Assembly: GCA_964016885.1 (NCBI GenBank) | Contig: OZ024741.1 | Location: forward strand, 275,156,001-275,220,000 | DNA length: 64,000 nucleotides | DNA from: Eledone cirrhosa | Taxonomy: Eukaryota | Reading direction: 5' to 3' | In this document: piece after piece, positions 52,735 through 64,000 of the stretch | Layout: the number at the start of each line of letters is the position of its first letter | Numbering within the stretch: position 1 is the stretch's first letter | The notes under the pieces: model-generated | Databases searched by the model: none | What the model was told of the DNA's origin: nothing | The model's input: only the letters and a program-made list of their open reading frames with translations | Translations under genes and position numbers: made by a program

Positions 52735-52842
52735 TGTTACGATACCAGGTGGACCATAACGCACCGGAGTACTCAATATCCCGACGACTGAGCTCCGGCC
52801 GTTTCGGCGCTGAGTCGTCGGGGGTCCTGACTCTTTTCCTAT
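52735..52842. mobile_element. Family-B element, internally deleted
   Basis: ACCAGGTGGACCATAACGCACCGGAGTACTCAATA and CCGACGACTGAGCTC...GTCGTCGGGG. Confidence 0.7.
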
Positions 52843-52991
52843 ATATATATATTCTTCTGATAAACACTAACAATACTACAGAAAATATTGTAAATAGTGT
52901 ATAAGTGTGTGAATGTATATATATATAAATATATATATGTGTATGAGTGTGTGTATATATATATGTGTGTGTGTGTGTATGTATATATATA

Positions 52992-53022
<31 letters not shown>

Positions 53023-53139
53023 GTGTGTGTGTATATATATAGTTATAGGTTCACCATTGACTGCTTCAATAGATAATTTCATCATTAAAATAGATTTTGC
53101 CAGAACCTACAATAATTACTGAGAGAATAATGTTGATAA

Positions 53140-54003
53140 TAGTGGGATGGTGTGATGGTTGGTTGATTGGATGGTTGGATGGTGGGATGGTTGGTTGGTT
53201 GGATGGTGGGATGGTTGGTTGGTTGGATGGTGGGATGGTGGGATGGTGGGATGGTTGGTTGGTTGGATGGTTGGATGGTGGGATGGTTGGTTGGTTGGTT
53301 GGATGGTGGGATGGTTGGTTGGTTGGATGGTTGGATGGTTGGATGGTGGGATGGTTGGTTGATTGGATGGTTGGATGGTGGGATGGTTGGTTGGTTGGAT
53401 GGTGGGATGGTGGAATGGTGGGATGGTTGGTTGATTGGATGGTTGGATGGTGGGATGGTTGGTTGGTTGGATGGTGGGATGGTGGAATGGTGGGATGGTT
53501 GGTTGATTGGATGGTTGGTTGATTGGATGGTTGGTTGGTTGGTTGGATGGTGGGACGGTTGGTTGGTTGGTTGGCTGGTTGGATGGTTGGTTGGTTGGAT
53601 GGTTGGTTGGTTGGTTGGTTGGTTGGTTGGTTGGTTGGTTGGTTGGTTGGTTGGTTGGTGGGATGGTTGGATGGTTGGATGGTTGGATGGTGGGATGGTG
53701 GGATGGTTGGATGGTGGGATGGTAGGATGGTGGGATGGTTGGATGGTTGGTTGGTGGGATGGTTGGTTGGCTGGTTGGTTGGGTCGCTGGTTGGTGGGAT
53801 GGTTGGTTCGTGGGATGGTGGGGTGGTTGGTTGGTTGGTTGGATGGTGGGATGCTTGGTTGGATGCTGGGATGGTTGGTTGGTGGGATGGTGGGTTGGTG
53901 GGATGGGTGGTTAGTTGGATGGTGGGATGGTGGTTGGTTGGATGGTGGGATGGTGGCTGGTTTATGAGATGGTTGGACGGTTAGATGGTGGATTGGTTGG
54001 ATG
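53140..54003. repeat. (GGAT/GGTT/GGTG)n tetranucleotide compound repeat
   Basis: Direct inspection. Confidence 0.95.
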
Positions 54004-54004
54004 G

Positions 54005-54347
54005 TGGCTTGGTTTCTATGGCTGGATGCCCTTCCTAACTCCAACCACATTTGCAGTTCTGTATAAGCAAGACATGGTCACCTGACCTAGCATTGCCCAC
54101 AACAGGACAACTCGTCTAACCCATGCTAGCGTGGAAAAATGGACGTAAAACTGTGATGGTGATGACGATGACTGTAAATGTGGTTGGTGTTAGGAAGGGC
54201 ATCCAGCCGTAGAAACCAAGCCAAAATCAGTTCTGTGTGAGCGAATCATGGTCCTCCGACCTGATCTCTCACAAAGAGACAGCCCGTCCTACCCATGCTA
54301 ACGTGGAAGATGGACGTTAAACGACGATGATGATGATGATGATGATG
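54005..54347. mobile_element. RTE 3' UTR fragments in mixed orientation
   Basis: GGATGCCCTTCCTAAC (54024) and its reverse complement (54190); CCCATGCTA.CGTGGAA.ATGGACG plus (GAT)n twice. Confidence 0.75.
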
Positions 54348-54655
54348 GCTAGTACTTTGTACTACCCTCCATATTTATAGTTGTATTAAACATATATAAA
54401 TATAAATATCCTTATTACTATATATATATATATATATATATATAAGTATGTATACGTACATACATATATGTATATAGACGTACAGTAGTATGTATATATA
54501 TATACATACATGCACACATATATATATATATATATACGTATGGATTTACCGAACATTTATTATAATGCTCGGTTTGTTTGTAAACAAACATCCCAAATTA
54601 AGCTGTACAGTGTTTAGCAACCATCGTTGCCCTTTTGTTCAACACTGACAAAGGA

Positions 54656-54698
54656 ACGATGTACTAGTTTCAAGCTTATTAGCTATCGTCAGCACCGT
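54656..54698 (-). ncRNA. Type I minimal hammerhead ribozyme motif (relative of family D)
   Basis: Minus: ACGGTG-CTGACGA-T-AGCT-AATA-AGCT-T-GAAA-CTAG-TA-CATCGT. Confidence 0.85.
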
Positions 54699-54832
54699 AT
54701 ACCTTCCTGCCAGATGATTGAACATCTATATATATATGTGTGTGTGCGTGTAAAAGGTAAACAAAAATAACAACACAATCGGTATATGGAAGGAATATAT
54801 TAGGTTAACGCTTGAAATTAGCACAAAGAGGG

Positions 54833-54868
54833 TCTTAACGTTTCGGACGCTAGTCCTTCATCAGACGA
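54833..54868 (-). ncRNA. Family-C minimal hammerhead motif
   Basis: Minus: TCGT-CTGATGA-A-GGAC-TAGC-GTCC-GAAA-CG-TT-AAGA; element spans 54750-54884. Confidence 0.75.
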
Positions 54869-55150
54869 AAGAATGAGAAATTATAACATTCTATGTGTAC
54901 TTGTCATAGCTTACTTGCTATAAGTTGTTGTTTTGTCTCGTCCCTTACTCCATAGGACAGCAGTACCATTGGTAGGGGTCGAAGCTGCCCAAATCCATTT
55001 CAACGGCCTATAACCCTGGTCTTTCGTTTGTATTTTTATTTTCAAAAAATAATTCTTTAAGGTTTCCCCTTAAAAAATTGCTTTTAGTTTTGCCCTGTTT
55101 CCGTTTGTTGTCTTGTCCTCTCTTTGTTGATTTTCCTAAGTTTATATATA

Positions 55151-55505
55151 CAGTTCTCCCCCGGTATTCGCGGGGTTTCGTTCCTACAGCACCCGCGAAG
55201 AGTGAATAACCGCGAATATTGTAGGTGGTCCATAAAACTGCTTCTAAACATCAAAATATAATAAAATATAATAATAAAAAAAAAAAGAGGGAGTGTCTTA
55301 TGACAATAGGCTGGCAAATACGGTATATTGTCATTAATATAGCGTTAAAAAATATATATTGACACGAAAAAAGCAATAAAAAATCGCGGAAGGTATTTAC
55401 GATACCGCGAATATACGGTGGTTTTCACGAATAATTATTAGTTAAATTCTAAGTAAGATTCCGTGAATAAGTGGGGCTGCGAATGCCAGTGGTGGGGGTA
55501 CACTG
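55151..55505. mobile_element. pogo/Tigger-like MITE
   Basis: TA|CAGTTCTCCCCCGGTATTCGCGG ... GGGGGTACACTG|TA; subterminal CCGCGAA repeats; TIRs imperfect. Confidence 0.6.
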
Positions 55506-55537
<32 letters not shown>

Positions 55538-56221
55538 TGTATATATATATATATATATATACCAACCACATGTTGCTACCACCACCACCACCACCACCAC
55601 AACAACAACAACATTCCCAGCTTCTCCTCTTCCTACTCTGCTTCCCCCAATGAATTGCCCTTTATTGTGTTATTAAGGGTCACTTACCTCTGACATTTCC
55701 ATTGTCTGTTGATAGAGTAGGGGGCATCCAGGCATGAAGTAGGGTGTGGGGTCATGTGCCTCCTGTGTAAAGGTGTCAGCAAGGTGTGTCATTTATATGG
55801 TGGGAGGGTACAACCATTTGCTACTTATTGTAACACTGCCTCACACGCTCCCCCTCTCTCTTATTCTCCTTCACTAACCTCTGCCCCGCCTCCCTCCACA
55901 CTCCTACCTACCTTAAAGTCGCCTCTTCTTCCTGCCCCTCCTTCCTACCTTACTGTCACCTCTGCCTTCCCCTTCCTCTACACATCTAGTCAACAGTCAT
56001 CTACTCCCCCTGCCTCTATCTAATCTTCTCCACAGTCACACACCCTCCCTCTACACTCACACCTCGTTGACACCTCCCTCCCTCTCGCCACCTTGATGTC
56101 ACCCTCCCACCTTCTCTTCACACCTGCCTCACAGACACCCCACCCCTTTACACAACCTTTTATTTCATTCATCCAACTTGGGATGTCTCTCAGGCTGCTA
56201 GAAATAACACCTCACTCGTAA

Positions 56222-57236
56222 TGTAGTCCTAGATACACTGTGGTCTTAGATACACTGTAGTCCTAGATACACTGTAGTCCTAGATACACTGTAGTCCTAG
56301 ATACACTAGTCCTCGATACACTGTAATCCTAGATACACTGTAGTCCTAGATACACTGTAGTCCTCGATACACTGTAGTCCTAGATACACTGTGGTCTTAG
56401 ATACACTAGTCCTAGATACACTGTAGTCCTTGATACACTGTAGTCCTCGATACACTGTAGTCCTAGATACACTGTGGTCTTAGATACACTGTAGTCCTCA
56501 ATACACTGTAGTCCTAGATACACTGTAGTCTTAGATACACTGTAGTCTTAGATACACTAGTCCTAGATACACTGTGGTCCTAGATACACTGTAGTCCTCG
56601 ATACACTGTAGTCTTAGATACACTGTAGTCTTAGATACACTGTGGTCCTCGATACACTGTAGTCCTAGACACACTGTAGTCTTAGATACACTAGTCCTAG
56701 ATACACTGTGGTCCTAGATACACTGTAGTCTTAGATACACTGTAGTCTTAGATACACTAGTCCTAGATACACTGTGGTCCTAGATACACTGTAGTCTTAG
56801 ATACACTGTGGTCCTCGATACACTGTAGTCCTAGACACACTGTAGTCTTAGATACACTAGTCCTCAATACACTGTGGTCCTCGATACACTGTGGTCCTCG
56901 ATACACTAGTCCTAGACACACTGTAGTCTTAGATACACTAGTCCTCGATACACTGTGGTCCTCGATACACTGTGGTCCTCGATACACTAGTCCTAGACAC
57001 ACTGTAGTCTTAGATACACTAGTCCTCGATACACTGTGGTCCTCGATACACTGTAGTCCTAGACACACTGTAGTCTTAGAAACACTGTAGTCCTCGATAC
57101 ACTGTAGTGCTAGATACACTGTAGTCCTAGATACACTGTAGTCCTAGATACACTGGTTCTTGATACATTATGGTCCTAGATACACTGTAGTCCTCAATAC
57201 ACTAGTCCTCAATACGCTGTGGTCCTAGATACACTG
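56222..57236. repeat. 17-bp minisatellite (with 15-bp variants), about 60 copies
   Basis: Unit GTAGTCCTAGATACACT. Confidence 0.98.
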
Positions 57237-57604
57237 GTTGGGGTACTGGGTTGACAATTGTTCAAATAAAATGTAGGATAGTCATGATTGGAACACCTTT
57301 GATAATATGTTTGCTGAATTATAACTGCCCTATGGAGATCATATTAGATAATGTACTCCTAGATACATTAAGTCTGCATGAAAGATGGGATGGTCATGAC
57401 TGGAAGATAACATAGGATTGACTTATGGCTGACCTAAAGCTAAACAAAAGTTTTGATATGAGGTGTCAAGGTTAGATGATAGATGATAGTTGAGTAGAGA
57501 AGGTTTGGGGAGGAATGAAGTGTGGTGTCATGTTTTTAAGGAGTGGGCGTGGTTGAGTGTAACAGTAAGTTACTTATGAATAGGAGGGGGAGCTTTGGGG
57601 AAAG

Positions 57605-57918
57605 AAATAAACCCTAAGGTACATGTGGCCTGGAAATAAACACTGAGGTACAACACAGTCGATAGAGTGTGGCCTAGAGAAAGTTTTGGGGAGATAAATA
57701 AACCCTGAGGTACAACATAATTGATAGAGTGTGGCCTACAGAGAGCTTGTGTGTGTGTGGGGGGGGGGGTAAACCCTGAGGTACAACACAGTCGATAGAG
57801 TGTGGCCTAGAGAGAGCTTGGGAGGGGAACCCTGAGGCACAACACAGTTGATAGGAGGGGACCAGAAATAAACCCTGAGGTACAACCAGGTGATAGATTG
57901 TGGCCCAGAGAGAGCTTT
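57605..57918. repeat. Degenerate 55-70 bp tandem repeat
   Basis: AAACCCTGAGGTACAACACAGTCGATAGAGTGTGGCCTAGAGA recurs about 5 times. Confidence 0.85.
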
Positions 57919-58472
57919 GCTGTTCAAATTTACATATTGGAGTTATTTCCCTCTGTTATGTTATGTTCTTTCGTAAACTAGTGTTTTTAGCATCCATTAC
58001 TTTTAACAGTATCTTGTACACTTGTATAAGCGCATGAAGGTCACAATTTTGATACCTCTTGTAATCTAGAGGTGTGGTCAATATTGGGCTTTGGAACCTT
58101 GGGTATATACCGCTTTTATTCCGTGTATGAACATAAATAAATTATATATATATATATATATATATTATTGGCAGCATGACCTTCCTATGTTTCAGCACAC
58201 TTTCATGTGAATATGTTTTTGGTGGAAATAAAAATAAATGATTTTTAACTGAGTGAAGCTTTTCGTTACTTCGTCTAGAATGAATGAATGAATGAATGTA
58301 TGTGTGTGTGTGTGTACGTACGTATGTATGTGTGTATATATATATATATGTGTGTGTGTACGTATGTATGTGTATATATATATGTATATATGTGTGTGTG
58401 TGTGTCTACACACAGACCCATTTCAGACAAATGGAACATACATTTTTAATCAGTTAGCTGAAGAAGAAAACA

Positions 58473-58559
<87 letters not shown>

Positions 58560-58721
58560 GTATTAGTAAGTATTGAACCCTGTAGTTTGTGTTCACCATG
58601 GTATATATATATATATATATGAATGGAACATCAGTTACATGCTGGGTGACATTCAAACAGAAATATATACATAGAATAGAATGGAATGGATTCTGTTGAT
58701 ATATATATGTATATATACACA

Positions 58722-58836
<115 letters not shown>

Positions 58837-59619
58837 AGAAGGCTTGACTGGTTAGACAAGGAGAGTGGTGGTGTGTGTATGTATGTGGCGTTGATGTAGT
58901 GGTGGTTGTGCTGGTGATGGTGATGTTGGGGGGTGTATAGTGTGGTGGTGGTGGTTGTGCTGTTGGGAGTGGAGTGTGGTGTTGGGAGTGGAGTGTATAT
59001 TGATGGTATTTTTGGTGGTGATAGTAGTGAGGTGTAGTGTGGTGTTGGTGGTGGTTGAAGTGTAGTGTGATGGTGGTAGTGTTTGTGATGTTGGGAGTGT
59101 AGTGTGCTGGTGGTGGTGGTGGTAGTGGGGTGTAGTGTGGTGGTGGTGGTATGTGGTAGTGGTGGAGGGGTGTATATTGGTGGTATGTGTGTTATTTGGT
59201 GAAGGTATGAGATTGTGATAATGATGATGGTGGTGGTGGTGGTGTTTGGGATGTTTACTAGAGGTGGTAATGGTGAGGTGTGTAATAGTGGTGTATGTAT
59301 GTGTGAAGTTATAAGTATGATGGTAGTGTTTTAGTATGTGTAGTGGTGATGGTGTTGGTGGTGATAGTGGCATTAGTACACTATAGTGGTGGTGATACAG
59401 TTGTGGTGTGATGTGTAGTACTATGGTAGTATGTTGTGATGATGAAGCAGACCTATGATCTGTTGCAACCATCATGTCTTAAATTCCCCTGTTATGGCCT
59501 GAAGCACTTTTATAAACAGGAAGGAGCTGAGAACCAAATCTTGTTAAACATCCACCACCAGATCGAAATTCCTCACTAGAATTCATTACCTACTCTCACT
59601 TTACTGACAGCACCTCTGT

Positions 59620-61255
59620 ACATGACTTGCAGCTCTCTCACAAGCCAGACGTCTACCCCTCATGACCTGCAGTTCTCTCACAAGCCAGACATCTACCCCT
59701 CATGACCTGCAGTTCTCTCACAAGCCAGACATCTACCCCTCATGACCTGCAGTTCTCTCACAAGCCAGACATCTACCCATCATGACCTGCAGTTCTCTCA
59801 CAAGCCAGACATCTACCCCTCATGACCTGCAGTTCTCTCACAAGCCAGACATCTACCCCTCATGACCTGCAGTTCTCTCACAAGCCAGACATCTACCCCT
59901 CATGACCTGCAGTTCTCTCACAAGCCAGACATCTACCCCTCATGACCTGCAGTTCTCTCACAAGCCAGACATCTACCCCTCATGACATGCAGTGCTCTCA
60001 CAAGCCAGACATCTACCCCTCGTGACCTGCAGTTCTCTCACAAGCCAGACATCTACCCCTCGTGACTTGCACTATTCTCACAAGTCAGACATCTACCCCT
60101 CATGACATGCAGTGCTCTCACAAGCCAGACATCTACCCCTCATGACCTGCAGTTCTCTCACAAGCCAGACATCTACCCCTCATGACCTGCAGTTCTCTCA
60201 CAAGCCAGACATCTACCCCTCATGACCTGCAGTTCTCTCACAAGCCAGACATCTACCCCTCATGACATGCAGTGCTCTCACAAGCCAGACATCTACCCCT
60301 CGTGACCTGCAGTTCTCTCACAAGCCAGACATCTACCCCTCGTGACTTGCACTATTCTCACAAGTCAGACATCTACCCCTCATGACATGCAGTGCTCTCA
60401 CAGGCCACACATCTACCCCTCATTACTTGCACAGCTCTCACAAGCCAGACATCTACCCATCATGACATGCAGTTCTCTCACAAGCCAGACATCTACCCCC
60501 CATGTCTTGCACTGCCCTCATAAGTCCATTTTTTAAAGACCAACAGATGATAGCACCTCTCTATACATGGCTTGTACTGTTTTCACAAGCTACATATCTA
60601 CATCAGGTTTCCTTAAGGAGCAACAGATGACAGCATATCTAGATCTCTTAAAGATCACCAGATAACAGTATCTCTATACAAGGCTTGCACTGCTCTCACA
60701 AAAACATATCTGCTCCTCATGGCTTGCACTGCTCTCACAAGCCACTCATCTGCCCCTCATGGCCTGCACTGCTCTCACAAGCCACTCATCTGCCCCTCAT
60801 GGCCTGCACTGCTTTCACAAGCCACTCATCTGCCCCTCATGGCCTGCACTGCTTTCACAAGCCACTCATCTGCCCCTCATGGCCTGCACTGCTTTCACAA
60901 GCCACTCATCTGCCCCTCATGGCCTGCACTGCTTTCACAAGCCACTCATCTGCTCCTCAAGGCTTGCACTGCTTTCACAAACCACATATCTATACCTCAT
61001 GGTTTTCACTACTCTCACAAGCCAAATATACACACCTCGTGGCTTGTACTGCTCTCACAAACCACTTATCTACACCTAGATGTCTTAAGGACCACCAGAT
61101 GACATCACCTCTATACATGACTTGCACTTCTCTCCCCAACCAGTTTCCTTAAAAATCAACATATGACAGCCCTTCTCTATACAAGACTTGTACTGCTCTC
61201 ACAAGCCACATACCAACACATCATGGCTTCTACTGCTCTCACAAACCACACATAT
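59620..61255. repeat. 40-bp minisatellite in two related sub-arrays
   Basis: CATGACCTGCAGTTCTCTCACAAGCCAGACATCTACCCCT x~22 (59620-60520); CATGGCCTGCACTGCTTTCACAAGCCACTCATCTGCCCCT (60680-61080). Confidence 0.97.
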
Positions 61256-61679
61256 CTACTCCTAGATTCCTTAAAGATCACCAAACAACAGATCAAAGGC
61301 ATTTTCCGAGATCAACAAAAGCTAGATATAACAGCTTACACTTAGCTTGGAAAACCTCCTTTAGTTCTTTCACTAATAAGAGGGCATCACTGGTACTCAG
61401 TCCTGGCACACATCCAGACGACATCTCAACTTATCTCATTCATTTCCTAATTAGCTGTGCTAATATCTACACATACATATACACACATACCACATGCATA
61501 CACACATATAAACACACACATACACACATATAAACACACACACTCATACACACATTTGGATTCAATGTTTGAAAGAATGAGATGGCATCATATAACAATC
61601 TCTACATATACTAAACCACTGTGTAGATACATAATATAGTGTTGTGTATATACATACAATATACCTCTCTCGCTCTCTC

Positions 61680-61746
<67 letters not shown>

Positions 61747-61769
61747 TACATACATACATATATATATAC

Positions 61770-61850
<81 letters not shown>

Positions 61851-61860
61851 GCATACATAC

Positions 61861-61915
<55 letters not shown>

Positions 61916-62006
61916 TATATATATATATATGCATACATACATACATATATATATATATACATATATATATATATGCATATATATATATATATGCATACAT
62001 ACATAC

Positions 62007-62076
<70 letters not shown>

Positions 62077-62148
62077 GTATGTATGTATGCATATTTATAT
62101 ATATATATGCATGTATATGTGCATATATATACGTATATGTATGTATGC

Positions 62149-62199
<51 letters not shown>

Positions 62200-62758
62200 T
62201 GTATATGTGCATATACATACGTATATGTATGCATGTATGTATATATATATATATATACATGTATATGTGCATATATATATGTATATATATATATGCATAT
62301 ATATATGTACATATGTTTGTGTATGTATCTGCATGCATATATATACATATATGTATATATGCATATATATATGTATATATATATATATATATATAATGTA
62401 TGTATTGTGTGTGCGTGTGCACATGTATACACATATACACACATATATAATGTGTGGGTGTGTGTAGAATAGAGGATTGTGACTTTCCATACAATTAATG
62501 TCTCCGACAAATTGATATTTTGTTTGAAGTAAATTACTCACCTTACTCTCTTGTTTATATACACTGGAGTCTATCACTGTGTGTATATGAGTATGTGTAT
62601 ATATGCATGTGTATATATGTGTGGCCCTGCTGTGTGTAACATCATCATTTAATGTCTGTTTTCCTTGCTATATGTATATAAATGTGTGTGAGTGTGCATA
62701 TATGCCAACATATACATATACAAACATAATCACAAGCACACACACTCATATATGTATA

Positions 62759-62817
<59 letters not shown>

Positions 62818-63029
62818 TCTCTTTAAAGAGCTTATTTCAGCCTCTCTAAAACATTCTCAGTAAAAAGCCATTTATCCCACTCCATCTCCCCCTACCTCGC
62901 CCCACACACTCCACTCCCACACCATCAATTTGGTTTACCATCCTATTGCCATGGAGACCAGTCTCTAGAAGGTTCCATCGCTACATCTGTTAATATAAGC
63001 TTGTTAATTCATCACATTATCAAAAACTC

Positions 63030-63062
<33 letters not shown>

Positions 63063-63354
63063 ATGATGATGATTATGGTGGTGGTGGTGGTGGTGGTGGT
63101 GGTCGCCGTCGTGGTGATAGTGGTGGTGGTGGTGGTGGTGGTGATGATTGTGAATATCATCATCATCATCATTATCATTATCATAATTTTATTTGAGTGA
63201 GATTTAGCTGATATTTCTAGCAAGTGTACTTACCGTACAGAGCCTCCTCCCTCCACCTCCCAGGCTGTCGTTATTGATGACATAGCTGCTTAGCTTGAGA
63301 CCAACCCTGAATCAAGCTGACCCATAATGGAAAGTATTCCAACAGTGACATTTA

Positions 63355-63675
63355 AGGTGGATGGGAGATGAGAGATTGCCTAAGTAAATTCGGTATGGGG
63401 AGCTAATTCTTGGTAAATACACCAGAAACAATCCCATGAAACGTTTCAGAGATGTTGTTAAAGGTAACCTGAAGGCCCTTGGTATTAGTGTTGAGGATTG
63501 GGAAGACGAGGCAGAGAGTTGATCTGGTTGGGGCGGAGTGGTTTATGAGGTCAAAAGGATTGAACACTCAGCTTTTAAAAGAGCACTTAGGAAAGGTGAT
63601 GTAGACTCAGTCCCAGAAGATATCAGATCGGAGCATGTCTGTAACATCTGTGGAAAGGTTGTTCTTTCTCGTGCT
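63355..63675 (+). mobile_element. RTE (BovB-like) LINE 3' fragment with stops
   Basis: RLPK*IRYGEL...KRFRDVVKGNLKALGI...WE and C-terminal CNICGK motif. Confidence 0.75.
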
Positions 63676-63689
63676 GTGCTTCCTAGTAT

Positions 63690-63960
63690 GAAGGTATGTG
63701 GCCTAGTGGTAAGGGTGTTGGACTTAAGATTGTATGTAATATTGTGGGTTCGAGTTGCTTGTTGTGTTTTTCAGCAAAACACTTCATTTCACGTTGTTCT
63801 ACTCCAGTATACTCAGCTGAAAATGAGTACCAGCAATAGCTGGGGGTTTCACCCTGCAATGGACTGGCGTTCTGTCCAGGGGTAAGTCTTGTACTCTCAG
63901 TCGCTTCATGCAATAACAACAGGGATAAGCACCAGCTCGACGCGCTGCATGTGTGATTCC
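63690..63960 (+). mobile_element. SINE family 2
   Basis: GAAGGTATGTGGCCTAGTGGTAAGGG A-box, GGGTTCGAGTT B-box-like, CORE-like segment. Confidence 0.8.
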
Positions 63961-64000
63961 TAGTAATTTAAAAACTCACAGCAATCAGCAGTTTGAAGCC

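Overview
AT-rich, microsatellite-saturated metazoan DNA, almost all non-coding. The SINE/RTE complement suggests a cephalopod such as Octopus, which is an inference. Nearly all ORF-track hits are simple-repeat artefacts. I can support one host-gene exon (22863-22959, signal-peptide-like, canonical splice sites) and a possible upstream first exon ending at 14770, so most of the window is probably intronic. The rest is decayed RTE and CRE LINE fragments, tRNA-derived SINEs, Tc1/pogo/piggyBac-like MITEs, two small Helitrons, many minisatellites and a 200-N gap. The main signal is a dense set of type I hammerhead ribozyme (HHR) motifs found by eye. About 14 have an intact CUGANGA/GAAA/UH core, there are several degenerate or half copies, and they fall into at least 7 sequence families. 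A Penelope-like (Neptune-type) protein fragment lies among them. The best locus is 50111-51445: a near-identical 466-bp unit in tandem plus an inverted copy, each with a textbook minimal HHR. This is a candidate non-LTR retrozyme that could produce a 466-nt circular RNA. Many HHR elements sit as divergent inverted pairs with their ends in (TA)n, and several families share an unusual U-U apposition at the base of stem II. All structures were paired manually and no ribozyme activity is demonstrated.
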